Positions 17,229 to 28,140 of a stretch of DNA of 64,000 nt are shown here, piece by piece. The stretch comes from an uncultured Coprococcus sp. (lineage in GTDB: Bacteria; Bacillota; Clostridia; Lachnospirales; Lachnospiraceae): the NCBI GenBank assembly GCA_947626675.1, contig CANQTC010000011.1:7535-71534 (forward strand), read 5' to 3'. A model generated the notes under the pieces. The model worked only from the letters and a program-made list of their open reading frames with translations. It made no database searches and was not told the origin of the DNA. The position numbers and the translations under genes are program-made. Each line of letters starts with the position of its first letter. The first letter of the stretch is position 1.

Positions 17229-19538
17229 GTGGTTAGGGAAGGCTACGTTGAAAAGGTTATATTTAAAAATGATGAGAATGGTTACGCCGTTTTTACTGTA
17301 TCAGGTGAAGACGGCGAAGACATTTTCGTAGGCAATCTTCATGGTGTCAATGAAGGAATATACATATCGGCAGAGGGGGAGTATGTCACACATCCCCAAT
17401 ATGATTTACAATTCAAATTCACTTCTTGTGAAATCAAGCTTCCTGAGGATATCATCAGCGTGGAGCGATATTTAGGTTCAGGTGTTATAAAAGGTGTGGG
17501 AGAGGCACTGGCAAAACGTATCGTAAAGCGCTTCAAAATGGATTCCCTTAGAATAATTGAAGAAGAACCGGAACGACTTGCAGAAATCAAAGGCATATCC
17601 GAAAGAAAAGCAAGGGAGATAGCTGTATCTTATCATGAAAAAAAAGATATGCAGGACGCTATCATATTCCTGACCGGATATGGGGTATCAGTAAATCTGG
17701 CGGTTAAGATTTATAATGAATATGGCGATGATATGTATGAGGTTGTGCGTACAAATCCATATAAAGTAGCAGAGGATATCTCGGGTGTCGGGTTTAAGAT
17801 GGCAGACGATATGGCAGGAAAAATGGGGATTAGTCCTGATTCTGATTTTCGTGTCAGAGCAGCCGTCTTGTATACACTCTTAAATGCGTCAAGGCTTGGA
17901 CATATGTATCTGCCTAAAGAGATGCTTATTCATAAAACCTGTTCGCTCTTGACAAATGATAATATGGAATATGATGAAGAACTTATTTCATCGGTCAGTA
18001 ATCAATTAGTTGAATTAGCTATGGCAGGAAAGGTGATGATGAAGGAGATACCTGCTATGGAGAATGTTATCAGGCAGGAGATGCAGGAAGTGCCGGATTA
18101 TGGAAATGAGCATGTGACAGCGGTGTATTCTTCAATCAATTATTATATCGAGTTAAACTCAGCAAGAATCCTGAATGATTTGGATGCAAATTGTATACGA
18201 CTCAATATCAGTACCGATAAATTAATGGATTCCATAGAAGAAAAGGAAGGAATAGCGCTTGACGAAAGACAGCGAAAAGCGATTCGGAAAGCAGTTGACA
18301 GTGGCGTTGCCGTTATAACAGGCGGGCCCGGAACAGGTAAGACGACAACGATTAATGCACTGATAAAAATATTTGAAAGTGCGAAGCTTACGATTATGCT
18401 TGGTGCACCGACCGGGAGGGCGGCAAAGCGGATTACAGAGGCGACAGGCTATACAGCGCAGACAATACACCGGATGCTGGAACTTACAGGTGGAGCGCCG
18501 GGCGAAGAAGATGGCAACTATCGATTTGCCAGAAATGCGGGCAATCCGTTAGAAACAGATGTTATTATTATTGATGAGATGTCAATGGTGGATAGTTCTG
18601 TATTCTATAGTCTGCTTCAGGCGATTATGCCCGGAACACGTCTTGTCTTAGTTGGGGATGCCAATCAGCTTCCTTCTGTCGGAGCGGGAAATGTGCTGAA
18701 GGATATTATCGCTTCAAATGTATTTTCCGTAACAACACTTGACCGGATATTCAGGCAGGGAGCGGGAAGTGATATTATTACAAATGCACACAAGATAAAT
18801 GCAGGAATGCATCTTGAGATAAAAAATAAGAGCAGGGATTTCTTTTATATACCGAGAAATAATTCCGCCGATATTATTGCAGAACTGAAACAGCTCATTC
18901 TCTGCAATCTGCCCGGGTACTTTCATGTAGAGCCGATAAACATACAGATTTTGACGCCGATGCGCAAGTATGAACTTGGGGTAGACAATTTGAATCATCG
19001 TCTTCAGGAGATATTGAATCCGAAGAGGAGCAATCTGGCTGAGAAGGAAAGAGGCGATATCATTTTCCGGGAGGGCGACAAGGTCATGCAGATTAAGAAT
19101 AACTACAAGCTCGAATGGAAGATTATGGAGGGAAATTCCGGGTATGTGAAGGAAGAAGGAATTGGTGTATTCAACGGAGACGTTGGCTTTATAAAGGAAA
19201 TAGATGATTATGAGCAGCGGGTAATTGTAGAGTTTGATGATGGCAGAAGAGTGGAATATATGTATAGCCAGCTTGATGAACTCGAACATGCATTTGCAAT
19301 AACAATTCACAAATCGCAGGGCAGCGAATATCCTGTTGTGATTATTCCGTTGTTGTCAGGGCCGCCGAAACTTTTGAACAGAAACCTGCTGTACACAGCA
19401 GTAACAAGGGCGAAGCAGGGTGTCGTAATTGTAGGAAATATTGGGATGGTCGAAATGATGATTGATAATACATCTGAACAGAAACGATATACATCTTTCA
19501 AAGAACGTCTTATAGAGATTCGTGAGGCTGAGATATAA
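17229..19538 (+). CDS. recD2: ATP-dependent RecD2 DNA helicase
   Basis: HhH N-terminus, GGPGTGKT, DEMSMVD, AITIHKSQGSEY, YTAVTRA. Confidence 0.95.
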   Translation: MVREGYVEKVIFKNDENGYAVFTVSGEDGEDIFVGNLHGVNEGIYISAEGEYVTHPQYDLQFKFTSCEIKLPEDIISVERYLGSGVIKGVGEALAKRIVKRFKMDSLRIIEEEPERLAEIKGISERKAREIAVSYHEKKDMQDAIIFLTGYGVSVNLAVKIYNEYGDDMYEVVRTNPYKVAEDISGVGFKMADDMAGKMGISPDSDFRVRAAVLYTLLNASRLGHMYLPKEMLIHKTCSLLTNDNMEYDEELISSVSNQLVELAMAGKVMMKEIPAMENVIRQEMQEVPDYGNEHVTAVYSSINYYIELNSARILNDLDANCIRLNISTDKLMDSIEEKEGIALDERQRKAIRKAVDSGVAVITGGPGTGKTTTINALIKIFESAKLTIMLGAPTGRAAKRITEATGYTAQTIHRMLELTGGAPGEEDGNYRFARNAGNPLETDVIIIDEMSMVDSSVFYSLLQAIMPGTRLVLVGDANQLPSVGAGNVLKDIIASNVFSVTTLDRIFRQGAGSDIITNAHKINAGMHLEIKNKSRDFFYIPRNNSADIIAELKQLILCNLPGYFHVEPINIQILTPMRKYELGVDNLNHRLQEILNPKRSNLAEKERGDIIFREGDKVMQIKNNYKLEWKIMEGNSGYVKEEGIGVFNGDVGFIKEIDDYEQRVIVEFDDGRRVEYMYSQLDELEHAFAITIHKSQGSEYPVVIIPLLSGPPKLLNRNLLYTAVTRAKQGVVIVGNIGMVEMMIDNTSEQKRYTSFKERLIEIREAEI

Positions 19539-20245
19539 TGATAAAAGATATGTTTTTAAATTTGATTTATCCGAGAAGGTGTCCTGTGTGTGACAATGTC
19601 ATGGCGCAGGGCGCCGGTTTCACATGTGAAACACACGATAAACTTCCGTATGCAGGATATCCGGCCTGTTTGAAATGTGGAAAAGAGATTGCAGATAGCA
19701 GTCAGGAATATTGCTATGACTGCAAAACACATGCAAGGCATTTCACCAGAGGTTTTCCTGTTTTCAATTATACAGAACCCATAAAATCAAGCGTACTCTC
19801 CATAAAATATAAAGATAGACGGGAATATTGTGATTTCTATGCAGAGGAAATGAAAAAGAAGCTGCTGCCATATCTGGAGTTTATCAGACTCGATGCAATT
19901 ATTCCCGTACCGATGCATAAAAAGAAAAAGAAAGAGCGCGGATTTAATCAGACGGAGATTTTGTCAGTGAAGCTTGGTCAGAAGTTAAGGCTGCCTGTCT
20001 ATACGGATATCTTGCTGCGTGATAGAATGACGACACCGCAGAAGTCCCTTAATCATATAGAGAGAGCAAATAATATAAAAAATGCCATAAGGCTTCAGCG
20101 TGTTCCTTATGGCATTGAACATATATTGCTCGTGGATGATATCTATACGACAGGCATTACGATAGACACTTGTTCCAGCCTCCTTATTTCTGCCGGAGTA
20201 AAAAATGTGTATTTTACGACGATATGTATCGGAAACGGATTTTAG
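19538..20245 (+). CDS. comF: ComF family protein
   Basis: N-terminal zinc ribbon (CPVC, CLKCG, CYDC), ERGFNQ, LLVDDIYTTG PRT motif. Confidence 0.9.
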   Translation: MIKDMFLNLIYPRRCPVCDNVMAQGAGFTCETHDKLPYAGYPACLKCGKEIADSSQEYCYDCKTHARHFTRGFPVFNYTEPIKSSVLSIKYKDRREYCDFYAEEMKKKLLPYLEFIRLDAIIPVPMHKKKKKERGFNQTEILSVKLGQKLRLPVYTDILLRDRMTTPQKSLNHIERANNIKNAIRLQRVPYGIEHILLVDDIYTTGITIDTCSSLLISAGVKNVYFTTICIGNGF

Positions 20246-21702
20246 TCCTGCTTCAGGTCGCTTGCGATAAGGGTTTCCAGTGCTGTTACATCAATCTCAG
20301 GCATTGAAACGATACGCGTCGCCTGTCTGGATATGGCTTGTTCCATAAAATTACGGACTTCTCTTGCGTTTGCAAAGGTTTCATCATGATGGGCGGCCCT
20401 GTCATGCCAATAGGAAATAGCATATTCTTTCGCTTCATCATTCAATTTGTAGTCTTGTTTTGCACACATACTTTCAAATATGGACATCAGTTCATCGCCA
20501 TTATAATCATCAAAATAAATAAATTTATTAAATCTGGAACGAAGTCCCGGATTTGAACTTAAAAATTCCTCCATTAAATCAGGATAGCCGGCAACAATAA
20601 CAATGAAGTCATCCCGATGGTCTTCCATAGCCTTCAGGAGCGTGTCAACTGCTTCCTGACCGAAATCATTATCACCCTTTCCTGATGTAAGGGTGTAGGC
20701 TTCGTCAATAAAAAGGATGCCGCCAAGTGCAGAGTCGATAACCTCCTGTGTCTTAACTGCTGTCTGACCGATATAGCCTACGACAAGACCGCCTCTGTCT
20801 ACTTCTATTAGCTGACCGCCTGATAATATCCCAAGCCCTTTGTAGATATCCGCTAGAAGTCTGGCTACAGTTGTTTTACCTGTGCCGGGATTTCCTGAAA
20901 ATACAAGGTGAAGTGAAACGGAAGGCTGTTTCATTCCGTTTTTCTCACGAAGCTTCTTGATTTTTAAAAGGTTTACAAGGTTTGTAATGTCTTTTTTTAC
21001 ATTATCAAGTCCTGTCATGGAATGAAGCTCTTCCAGTAAGCTGTCAACATCTTTTGGAGGTGCTGATACAGACTGTTTTTTTTGTTGTGCCATATTTGTT
21101 TCCGGCGCATTGTTTTGATTTGCCTGATGAAAAGTAATATTGTTTACAGCGTTCGTATCTTTTGGCAGGGCATTGTATTTGTCAAGCAATGGGCTTGGGT
21201 CATTTGCATAAAGGCTAAAGGATTTCAGATACTTGTCGAGCATCATGCAGTATCCTGTCAGCCTGCTTATCTCAAGTTCACTGGAATGATTATTGCAGGC
21301 GATAAATTCCTGACCAATCAGTTTAAAGGTTCTTATATAATCTCTGGAACGATGGATAGAATTTGGATTTGCCTTAAGCCTTGCAAGGTCTGACTGAACA
21401 AAATAAGTCAGTGAACGCGGTGGGATGGATGCATAATTGTTGCCTTCGGTACGTTCATATTTAAAACTTCTAAGTTTATCTGTCGTAAACTGATGGTTCA
21501 GATACGTTCTGATAAATTGTATTTCAAGCGCCAGTTCAGTGTTTTCATTGCCGGATAAATAAGCAAGAAACTGCAGCAAATCGAAACGGAGCATTTCTCT
21601 TGTTTTCATCCCGGTACTTTGGCGTGCACCGTATCCGTCATTGTCTAACGAATCGGCATATGTATAGCAATTATCAAGTTCTGCTTTAAGTGAATAATTC
21701 AT
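20242..21702 (-). CDS. CbbX/SpoVK-family AAA+ ATPase with N-terminal extension
   Basis: HLVFSGNPGTGKTTVAR, ILFIDEAY, NPGLRSRF, FANAREVRN. Confidence 0.85.
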   Translation of the reverse strand: MNYSLKAELDNCYTYADSLDNDGYGARQSTGMKTREMLRFDLLQFLAYLSGNENTELALEIQFIRTYLNHQFTTDKLRSFKYERTEGNNYASIPPRSLTYFVQSDLARLKANPNSIHRSRDYIRTFKLIGQEFIACNNHSSELEISRLTGYCMMLDKYLKSFSLYANDPSPLLDKYNALPKDTNAVNNITFHQANQNNAPETNMAQQKKQSVSAPPKDVDSLLEELHSMTGLDNVKKDITNLVNLLKIKKLREKNGMKQPSVSLHLVFSGNPGTGKTTVARLLADIYKGLGILSGGQLIEVDRGGLVVGYIGQTAVKTQEVIDSALGGILFIDEAYTLTSGKGDNDFGQEAVDTLLKAMEDHRDDFIVIVAGYPDLMEEFLSSNPGLRSRFNKFIYFDDYNGDELMSIFESMCAKQDYKLNDEAKEYAISYWHDRAAHHDETFANAREVRNFMEQAISRQATRIVSMPEIDVTALETLIASDLKQD

Positions 21703-21898
21703 GATAATCTCCCTAAAAGTAATATACTATGTCTGATAATGTATCGTTCTCGACATACTTCTGTAATATCATATTGTTAGCATAATCGTCAACACTTTTT
21801 CGGCTGCCGGATGGGTTTCCGCAACTTATGAATTGTTTAGGTTGGCGAAATCCTAACTTTGTGGTAAAATATGAGTTGGTTTACTTGGAGGAGAGAAT

Positions 21899-22684
21899 AT
21901 GAAATTCAGACCATGTATTGATATACATAACGGACAGGTGAAACAAATCGTTGGCGGCAGCCTTAAAGATGCCGGAAGTCAAGCGAAGGAAAACTATGTT
22001 TCAACAGAGGATGGCGCTTTTTTTGCAGAGCTTTATAAGAAAAGCGGACTATATGGAGGCCACATCATTATACTGAACCCGGTGGGAAGCGCATATTATG
22101 AGAAAGACATCGAGCAGGCGAAACTGGCGCTTGATGCATATAAAGGAGGACTTCAGATTGGTGGCGGTATAACTGCTGATAATGCAGAACGGTTTATTAA
22201 TATGGGGGCTTCGCATGTAATTGCTACATCATATGTGTTTAAAGATGGTGAGATTAACCGGGACAACCTCAGGTCTTTGGTAAGTGCTGTTGGCAGAGAG
22301 CATCTTGTGCTGGATTTAAGCTGCAGATGGAAAAACGATGGTTACTATATCGTGACAGACAGATGGCAGAAATATACAAATGTTAAAGTGAACAATGAAA
22401 CACTTGCCATGCTTGCAGAAAGCTGTGATGAATATTTGATACATGCAGTTGATGTAGAGGGGAAAGCATCCGGTATTGAAAAAAAAGTTGTAGATATTCT
22501 TGGAAACTGGGGAAAACTTCCTATGACATACGCAGGAGGAGTTTCTTCGTTTGAAGATTTGGACATTTTAAAAAAGCTTGGAAAAAACAAAATAGATGTA
22601 ACAATAGGTAGCGCACTGGATATATTCGGAGGAAATCTGAAATATCAGGATGTTATAAATTATATGGAGGAGAGTTATGAGTAA
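21899..22684 (+). CDS. hisA: ProFAR isomerase, eukaryotic-type (His6-like) HisA
   Basis: MKFRPCIDIHNGQVKQIVGGSL, LQIGGGI, HAVDVEG, TIGSALDIFGG. Confidence 0.9.
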   Translation: MKFRPCIDIHNGQVKQIVGGSLKDAGSQAKENYVSTEDGAFFAELYKKSGLYGGHIIILNPVGSAYYEKDIEQAKLALDAYKGGLQIGGGITADNAERFINMGASHVIATSYVFKDGEINRDNLRSLVSAVGREHLVLDLSCRWKNDGYYIVTDRWQKYTNVKVNNETLAMLAESCDEYLIHAVDVEGKASGIEKKVVDILGNWGKLPMTYAGGVSSFEDLDILKKLGKNKIDVTIGSALDIFGGNLKYQDVINYMEESYE

Positions 22685-24950
22685 ACTTAAAAAATTTGTA
22701 GCAGCAGTATTGGCAGTATCTATGACGATGACGATGTTTTGTGGATGCGGCAAAGAAAATGCAGATGATAAATCAACAGAGAATACAGTTGCTACAGCTA
22801 CAGATGCTACAAAAGAAACGACAACTGAGGAGCTTGTGACGACAGAGGAGGCAACAGAAGAACCGTTAGGTGTAAAGGATGGCGATAAAGTCATCAATCT
22901 TACATTTGATAAGGATGAGGAAGGATTTCTTACATATGTAAATGGAGGAAATGTATCTGTATCTTCAGAAAAGGGAGAGCTGTGTGCAGCTATTTCCGAT
23001 ATTGGCAGGCTGGATTATGCAAATCAGATTTACTATGATGGGTTCAGACTTTATAAAGGCTGTGTTTATGAAGTTTCGTTTGATGTGCATAGTGATATCA
23101 AGAGGAAAATTCAGTGGCGTTTTCAGTTAAACGGCGGAGATTATCATGCCTATCAGATGGATGATATAGAGATAGGACCGGATAAGCAGCATATCAAAGC
23201 AGAATTTACGATGAAAGAGGATTCTGACCCGGCACCAAGACTTTGCTTTAACATGGGTTTGTTTGACGGAATGAAGGCGAATACAGGTGAGCATAAGGTG
23301 TATATCGATAATCTTGTCCTTGTAGCTAAAGATGCGTCAAAGGCTGAGAAGATAGAACCTTTACCGGAGCCTGTTGTTGTTAAGGCAAACCAGCTTGGCT
23401 ATAAACCGGCAGATTATAAAAAGGCAACAGTAACGAATGAAAATGCAGCAGAATTTTCTGTTATAGATGTTGCAACAGGCGACAGCGTATATACCGGAAA
23501 GCTTTCAGACAGGAAATATGATGATGCGTCTGATTTGGGATATAAAATTGCTGATTTCAGCGAAATTGTAAAAGAAGGTAAATATAAGATTGTCACTGAT
23601 ACAGGTGATGCGTCATACGAATTTGAAATCAATGATGCGGTATATGATAACTTGTATAAAGATACAGTCCTTATGCTTTATAAGCAGAGATGCGGATGTT
23701 CAACAAAGAAGTCAATAGCAGGAGATTTTGCACATGGCGTATGTCATAATGAAGAGGCTGTTGTATGGGGAACCGAGAAAAGCATTGATGTGTCTGGCGG
23801 ATGGCATGATGCCGGAGATTATGGCAGATATGTCGTTTCGGGTGCGAAAACCGTAGCTGATTTGTTCCTTGCAGTAGAAGACTCAGAGGCAGCAAAATCA
23901 GATGATTTAGGTATTCCTGAAAGTAAGAATAAAGTCCCGGATATCCTTGATGAAGCAAGATATGAGCTTGAATGGATGCTCAAGATGCAGGATGAGGAAA
24001 GCGGCGGTGTTTACCACAAGGTAACATGTGCGGTATTTCCGGGAGAAGTAAAGCCGGAGGAAGAGAAAGAAGCGCTTGTGATTGCGCCTGTCTCAAATAC
24101 GGCAACAGCCGATTTTGCCGCAGTTATGGCAAAGGCGGCGCTGATGTACAATGAATATGATAAAGATTTTGCTTCCGAATGTCTGCTGGCAGCAAAAAAT
24201 GCATGGGAATATCTGAAAAAACATAGAGATGATAACGGTTTTAGAAATCCTGACGGAATAGAAACCGGCGAATATGCAGATGGAAATGACAAGGATGAAT
24301 ATTTCTGGGCGGCTGTTGAGCTTTATATTGCTACAAATGAAGCCCGATATAAGAAATATATTGACAATGCCATGAGAAATGCCGGCAAGATGAATTTCGG
24401 ACTTGGCTGGAGTGATGTAGGATACTATGGTATATATGATTATTGTATGTATGTAGATGACAATCAGGATATGGAAAAGCTTCTTATAGAAGAAGCGGAC
24501 AATCTGAAAGAAGCAATTGCAAAAGACGGATGCGGAGCATCTCTTGGGAAGCAGTATCCGTGGGGAAGCAATATGTCTATAGCCAATAATGGTATGCTGC
24601 TTGTGATGGCATATCACGTTACAGAGGATATATCCTATGTTGAATATGCAAAGTATCAGTTAGATTATCTGCTTGGAAGAAATGCGGTCGGTTATTGTTA
24701 TGTAACAGGATATGGAAGCCAGTCGCCTGTTCATGTGCATCACAGACCTTCACAGGTAAAGGATGCGGCCATGCCGGGAATGTTGGTAGGCGGTGCAGAC
24801 GGCAATCTGGAAGACTCTTATGCAAAAGCAGTTCTTTCCGATAAAGCGCCGGAGCTTTGCTATGTGGACAATGAACAGAGCTTTTCGTGTAATGAGGTTA
24901 CAATTTACTGGAATTCACCGCTTATATATTTACTGGCAACTTTAAAATAA
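22677..24950 (+). CDS. Lipoprotein GH9 endoglucanase (CBM4-like + Ig-like + GH9)
   Basis: Signal with GC lipobox, T/E-rich linker, NQLGY, GGWHDAGDY, YLLGRN, HHR, NEVTIYWN catalytic motifs. Confidence 0.9.
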   Translation: MSKLKKFVAAVLAVSMTMTMFCGCGKENADDKSTENTVATATDATKETTTEELVTTEEATEEPLGVKDGDKVINLTFDKDEEGFLTYVNGGNVSVSSEKGELCAAISDIGRLDYANQIYYDGFRLYKGCVYEVSFDVHSDIKRKIQWRFQLNGGDYHAYQMDDIEIGPDKQHIKAEFTMKEDSDPAPRLCFNMGLFDGMKANTGEHKVYIDNLVLVAKDASKAEKIEPLPEPVVVKANQLGYKPADYKKATVTNENAAEFSVIDVATGDSVYTGKLSDRKYDDASDLGYKIADFSEIVKEGKYKIVTDTGDASYEFEINDAVYDNLYKDTVLMLYKQRCGCSTKKSIAGDFAHGVCHNEEAVVWGTEKSIDVSGGWHDAGDYGRYVVSGAKTVADLFLAVEDSEAAKSDDLGIPESKNKVPDILDEARYELEWMLKMQDEESGGVYHKVTCAVFPGEVKPEEEKEALVIAPVSNTATADFAAVMAKAALMYNEYDKDFASECLLAAKNAWEYLKKHRDDNGFRNPDGIETGEYADGNDKDEYFWAAVELYIATNEARYKKYIDNAMRNAGKMNFGLGWSDVGYYGIYDYCMYVDDNQDMEKLLIEEADNLKEAIAKDGCGASLGKQYPWGSNMSIANNGMLLVMAYHVTEDISYVEYAKYQLDYLLGRNAVGYCYVTGYGSQSPVHVHHRPSQVKDAAMPGMLVGGADGNLEDSYAKAVLSDKAPELCYVDNEQSFSCNEVTIYWNSPLIYLLATLK

Positions 24951-24965
24951 AGATAGGTTTTTATA

Positions 24966-27900
24966 ATGGACAAGATGAAACAATTATTGCAGAAAGAAAT
25001 AATAAGATATACCGTAGCTGGTGCATGCACCACTGCGGTAAATTTTATATCATTTTTTATACTTAGACTGATTACAGATTTACCAAGAAGTGTTGTAAGT
25101 GTCATATCGATATCACTGGCGATTATATTTGCTTTTTTTGCAAATAAATTTTTGGTATTTATCAGTGAAAAAAAGAGTATATGGATTTTGGTAAGAGAGT
25201 TTTGTTCCTTTGTAGGAATGAGACTGTTTGCGATGTTTGTAGAGGTGATTGGAACAAATCTTCTGTGCGACTCCTTTAAATATAATGAGTTGGTTTCTAA
25301 AATACTGATACAGATTGTTGTTTTGGTACTGAATTATATATTCAGCAAATGTTTTGTATTTAAGGAAAATAAGGTTTCCATAAAAGAATTGGTAAAAGAA
25401 AACTATGTAATCATACTGTCATTTCTTATACCGCTTGTGTTCCTGCTTGGAGTATGGATAGCGGAAGGCATAGGCCCGTTTGGCGGTCATAGTCTGACGA
25501 TGGTGGACAGTCTTCATCAATATTTACCGTTTTTTTCAGATTATTATGATAAGCTTGTGAATGAGGGAAGTCTGTTCTATACATGGAATATAGGACTTGG
25601 CAGTAATCTGCTTGCGATTATTGCTTATTATGTTGCGTGTCCGCTTAATTTCTTCGTAATCTTATTTGACAGGTCGCATATCTATATTGCCATGTGCCTT
25701 CTGATTGGGATTAAAATTGCCTTATCAGGGTTTACATTTGCAAGTTATGCAGCGTATAAGTGCAAGAATAAACATAATGTATATATCATTATATTTGCAT
25801 CGGCTTATGCACTCTGCAATTATGTAATCGGTTATTCATGGAATGTTATGTGGATGGACTGTTTCATGATATTACCGCTTATTATGAAGGGATATGATAA
25901 GCTGATTGAAGAGGAAGATGCAAAGCTTTATATTTTTTCATTGTTCTATGGATTGATGTGTAACTATTATATCTGCTTTATGATATGTATCTTTCTTGTA
26001 TTGCAGTTTTTCCTTACAAATCATCATAAGGTCAAAAAGTTCTTTACAGATGGACTGCGGTTTGCAGGAAGTTCAATTCTTGCAGCGGCAATGTCGGCAT
26101 TTATTTTGATACCTGCCTATCTGGGACTGAATACTACGGCGTCAGCGAAAAGGGTATTCCCGGAAGCGGAATGGTATGGAAGCATATGGGATATGATTAA
26201 GCAGATGTTTTATCTGACGAAACCGATTAAAAGCCAGCAGTTTGATGGCGGCGTCAATCTGTATTGCGGCAGTATCTGTATGATTCTTTTGTTTGTATAT
26301 TTGCTTCATACAAAGATAAAGCTGATGGACAAGATAAGAAATGTGCTGCTTCTTGTGTTTTTAATGGCAAGCTTTAATAATGAATTGCTGAATTATATAT
26401 GGCATGGTTTCCATAATCAGTATGGAATCCCAAATCGATTTTCATTCCTGTTTATATTTGTTTTGCTGGCGCTTAGTTTTGAAGCCCTTAGTAAGCTTGA
26501 CAAGATGGAATTGCCTGGAATTTTATTCTCTGTTGCTATGGGATTTCTGTTTATTATAGTATGCAACAAACATTTCAGACTGGAAAATCATGCGATGCTG
26601 TATACTGAGATATTCCTTGCTGTTTATGCGGCCGCCTTTATAGCGATAAAACTCACAAAGGGAGTCGGAAAGAAGGTTGTTGCGATAATCCTTGTATGTG
26701 TCTGCCTGACGGAGACGATTATAAATGGAGCAAAGGGCTATGACAGCAATGGATATGTGAATATCGAGCAGTATTTTGGAGATGAAAAATCATTAGAAGC
26801 GGCTATAGAGTCGCTTGATTGCCGGGATAAAGAATATCGGATGGAATTTGTAAATACCACCGTAGTTGATGAGCCTGTTTATTATAACATCAAAAGTGTG
26901 GGGTTATTTGGTTCTACCGTTTCAAACGATTTGGTAAGTGCGATGCATGGGCTTGGCTTTTATACAGGGGCGAATGAATTTCTGTTTGATGGGGCCAATC
27001 CGGTGTCTATGTCGGTGCTTGGCGTAAGGTATCTGTTCAGACGTGATGCAGAATATAATCCTTATGATTTGGAACTGATTGGTACGGTTTCAGGGATTGA
27101 TATATATCAGAATAAATATGCGCTGAGTACAGGCTTTATGGTAAAAGATACGCTTCTCGACTGGGATGAATCCTATGGCAATATGTTTGACAGCGTAAAT
27201 GCATTTACGGAAAAAGCATCCGGTATCGCAGGCGTGTTCAGTCAGCTCTATCCCGATGTTGCAGCAGCCGCAAATGGCTATGAAGTGACGCATGACAGCA
27301 ATTTAAGTGAAAGATATTCCTATTCCAGAACGAAGGATGATGCAGGCAGTCCGAAGTTAAGCTTTGAAATAACGGAAGAGAAAGATGATATCTATATCAT
27401 TGCAAACAGCAATGGAATTAATAAAATAAGAATATACATCAATGATGTGGAAGAAAATTATGAAAGACTTCAAAATCAGACTTATCATGTAGGTCACGTT
27501 GTGAAAGGCGATAAGATTACTGTTGAGTATTGTTTCAGGGATAAGCCGCCTAAAAGTGGTACATTAAAGCTGAATGTAGCATCCTTTAACCAGGCCGCAT
27601 TTGAGAAGGCATATGAAATACTGTCAGCAAATCAGATGAGCATAAAAACTTTTGAAGACGGCTATGTAAAGGGAAAGATTAATATTGAAGAAGATGGTAT
27701 GATGTTTACTTCCATACCATATGATGCAGGCTGGACTGTATTTGTTGATGGCGAAGAAACAGATATTAGGACGGTTGCAGGTGCATTTATTGTAGTTCCG
27801 CTTAAGGCTGGCAGTCATACAATAGTGTTTGATTATTACCCGCCGGGGCTTAAGGTTGGATTTCTCATAACCATAATCGGATGGCTTATCATGGCAATTC

Positions 27901-27992
27901 TTATGACATTAAGCGGGAAACGGAAAAGAAGCAATTTGGCTGACGAAGCGGTTGAAGAAGTACAAAATGATGTAACAGATGATGAAAAATAA
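24966..27992 (+). CDS. GtrA-like domain fused to YfhO-family GT-C membrane protein
   Basis: N-terminal ~130 aa with GtrA pattern (FAFFANKFLVF..NYIFSKCFVF); YfhO motifs DSLHQYLPF, SIPYDAGW, YYPPG. Confidence 0.85.
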   Translation: MDKMKQLLQKEIIRYTVAGACTTAVNFISFFILRLITDLPRSVVSVISISLAIIFAFFANKFLVFISEKKSIWILVREFCSFVGMRLFAMFVEVIGTNLLCDSFKYNELVSKILIQIVVLVLNYIFSKCFVFKENKVSIKELVKENYVIILSFLIPLVFLLGVWIAEGIGPFGGHSLTMVDSLHQYLPFFSDYYDKLVNEGSLFYTWNIGLGSNLLAIIAYYVACPLNFFVILFDRSHIYIAMCLLIGIKIALSGFTFASYAAYKCKNKHNVYIIIFASAYALCNYVIGYSWNVMWMDCFMILPLIMKGYDKLIEEEDAKLYIFSLFYGLMCNYYICFMICIFLVLQFFLTNHHKVKKFFTDGLRFAGSSILAAAMSAFILIPAYLGLNTTASAKRVFPEAEWYGSIWDMIKQMFYLTKPIKSQQFDGGVNLYCGSICMILLFVYLLHTKIKLMDKIRNVLLLVFLMASFNNELLNYIWHGFHNQYGIPNRFSFLFIFVLLALSFEALSKLDKMELPGILFSVAMGFLFIIVCNKHFRLENHAMLYTEIFLAVYAAAFIAIKLTKGVGKKVVAIILVCVCLTETIINGAKGYDSNGYVNIEQYFGDEKSLEAAIESLDCRDKEYRMEFVNTTVVDEPVYYNIKSVGLFGSTVSNDLVSAMHGLGFYTGANEFLFDGANPVSMSVLGVRYLFRRDAEYNPYDLELIGTVSGIDIYQNKYALSTGFMVKDTLLDWDESYGNMFDSVNAFTEKASGIAGVFSQLYPDVAAAANGYEVTHDSNLSERYSYSRTKDDAGSPKLSFEITEEKDDIYIIANSNGINKIRIYINDVEENYERLQNQTYHVGHVVKGDKITVEYCFRDKPPKSGTLKLNVASFNQAAFEKAYEILSANQMSIKTFEDGYVKGKINIEEDGMMFTSIPYDAGWTVFVDGEETDIRTVAGAFIVVPLKAGSHTIVFDYYPPGLKVGFLITIIGWLIMAILMTLSGKRKRSNLADEAVEEVQNDVTDDEK

Positions 27993-28066
27993 TTTATTTA
28001 TAGTCTAATCTGTACAAACTATTGAGAAAAATTTGGTAAAAATTGGTATAAAATACGATTGCATCG

Positions 28067-28095
28067 TTGACCTTAATAAACATTTATAATATAAT
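28067..28095 (+). promoter_or_regulatory. Sigma-A promoter
   Basis: TTGACC-N17-TATAAT. Confidence 0.65.
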
Positions 28096-28140
28096 GTTAA
28101 TAGTTGGTTTTTTAATGTATATATAAATTATGAAAAGGAA

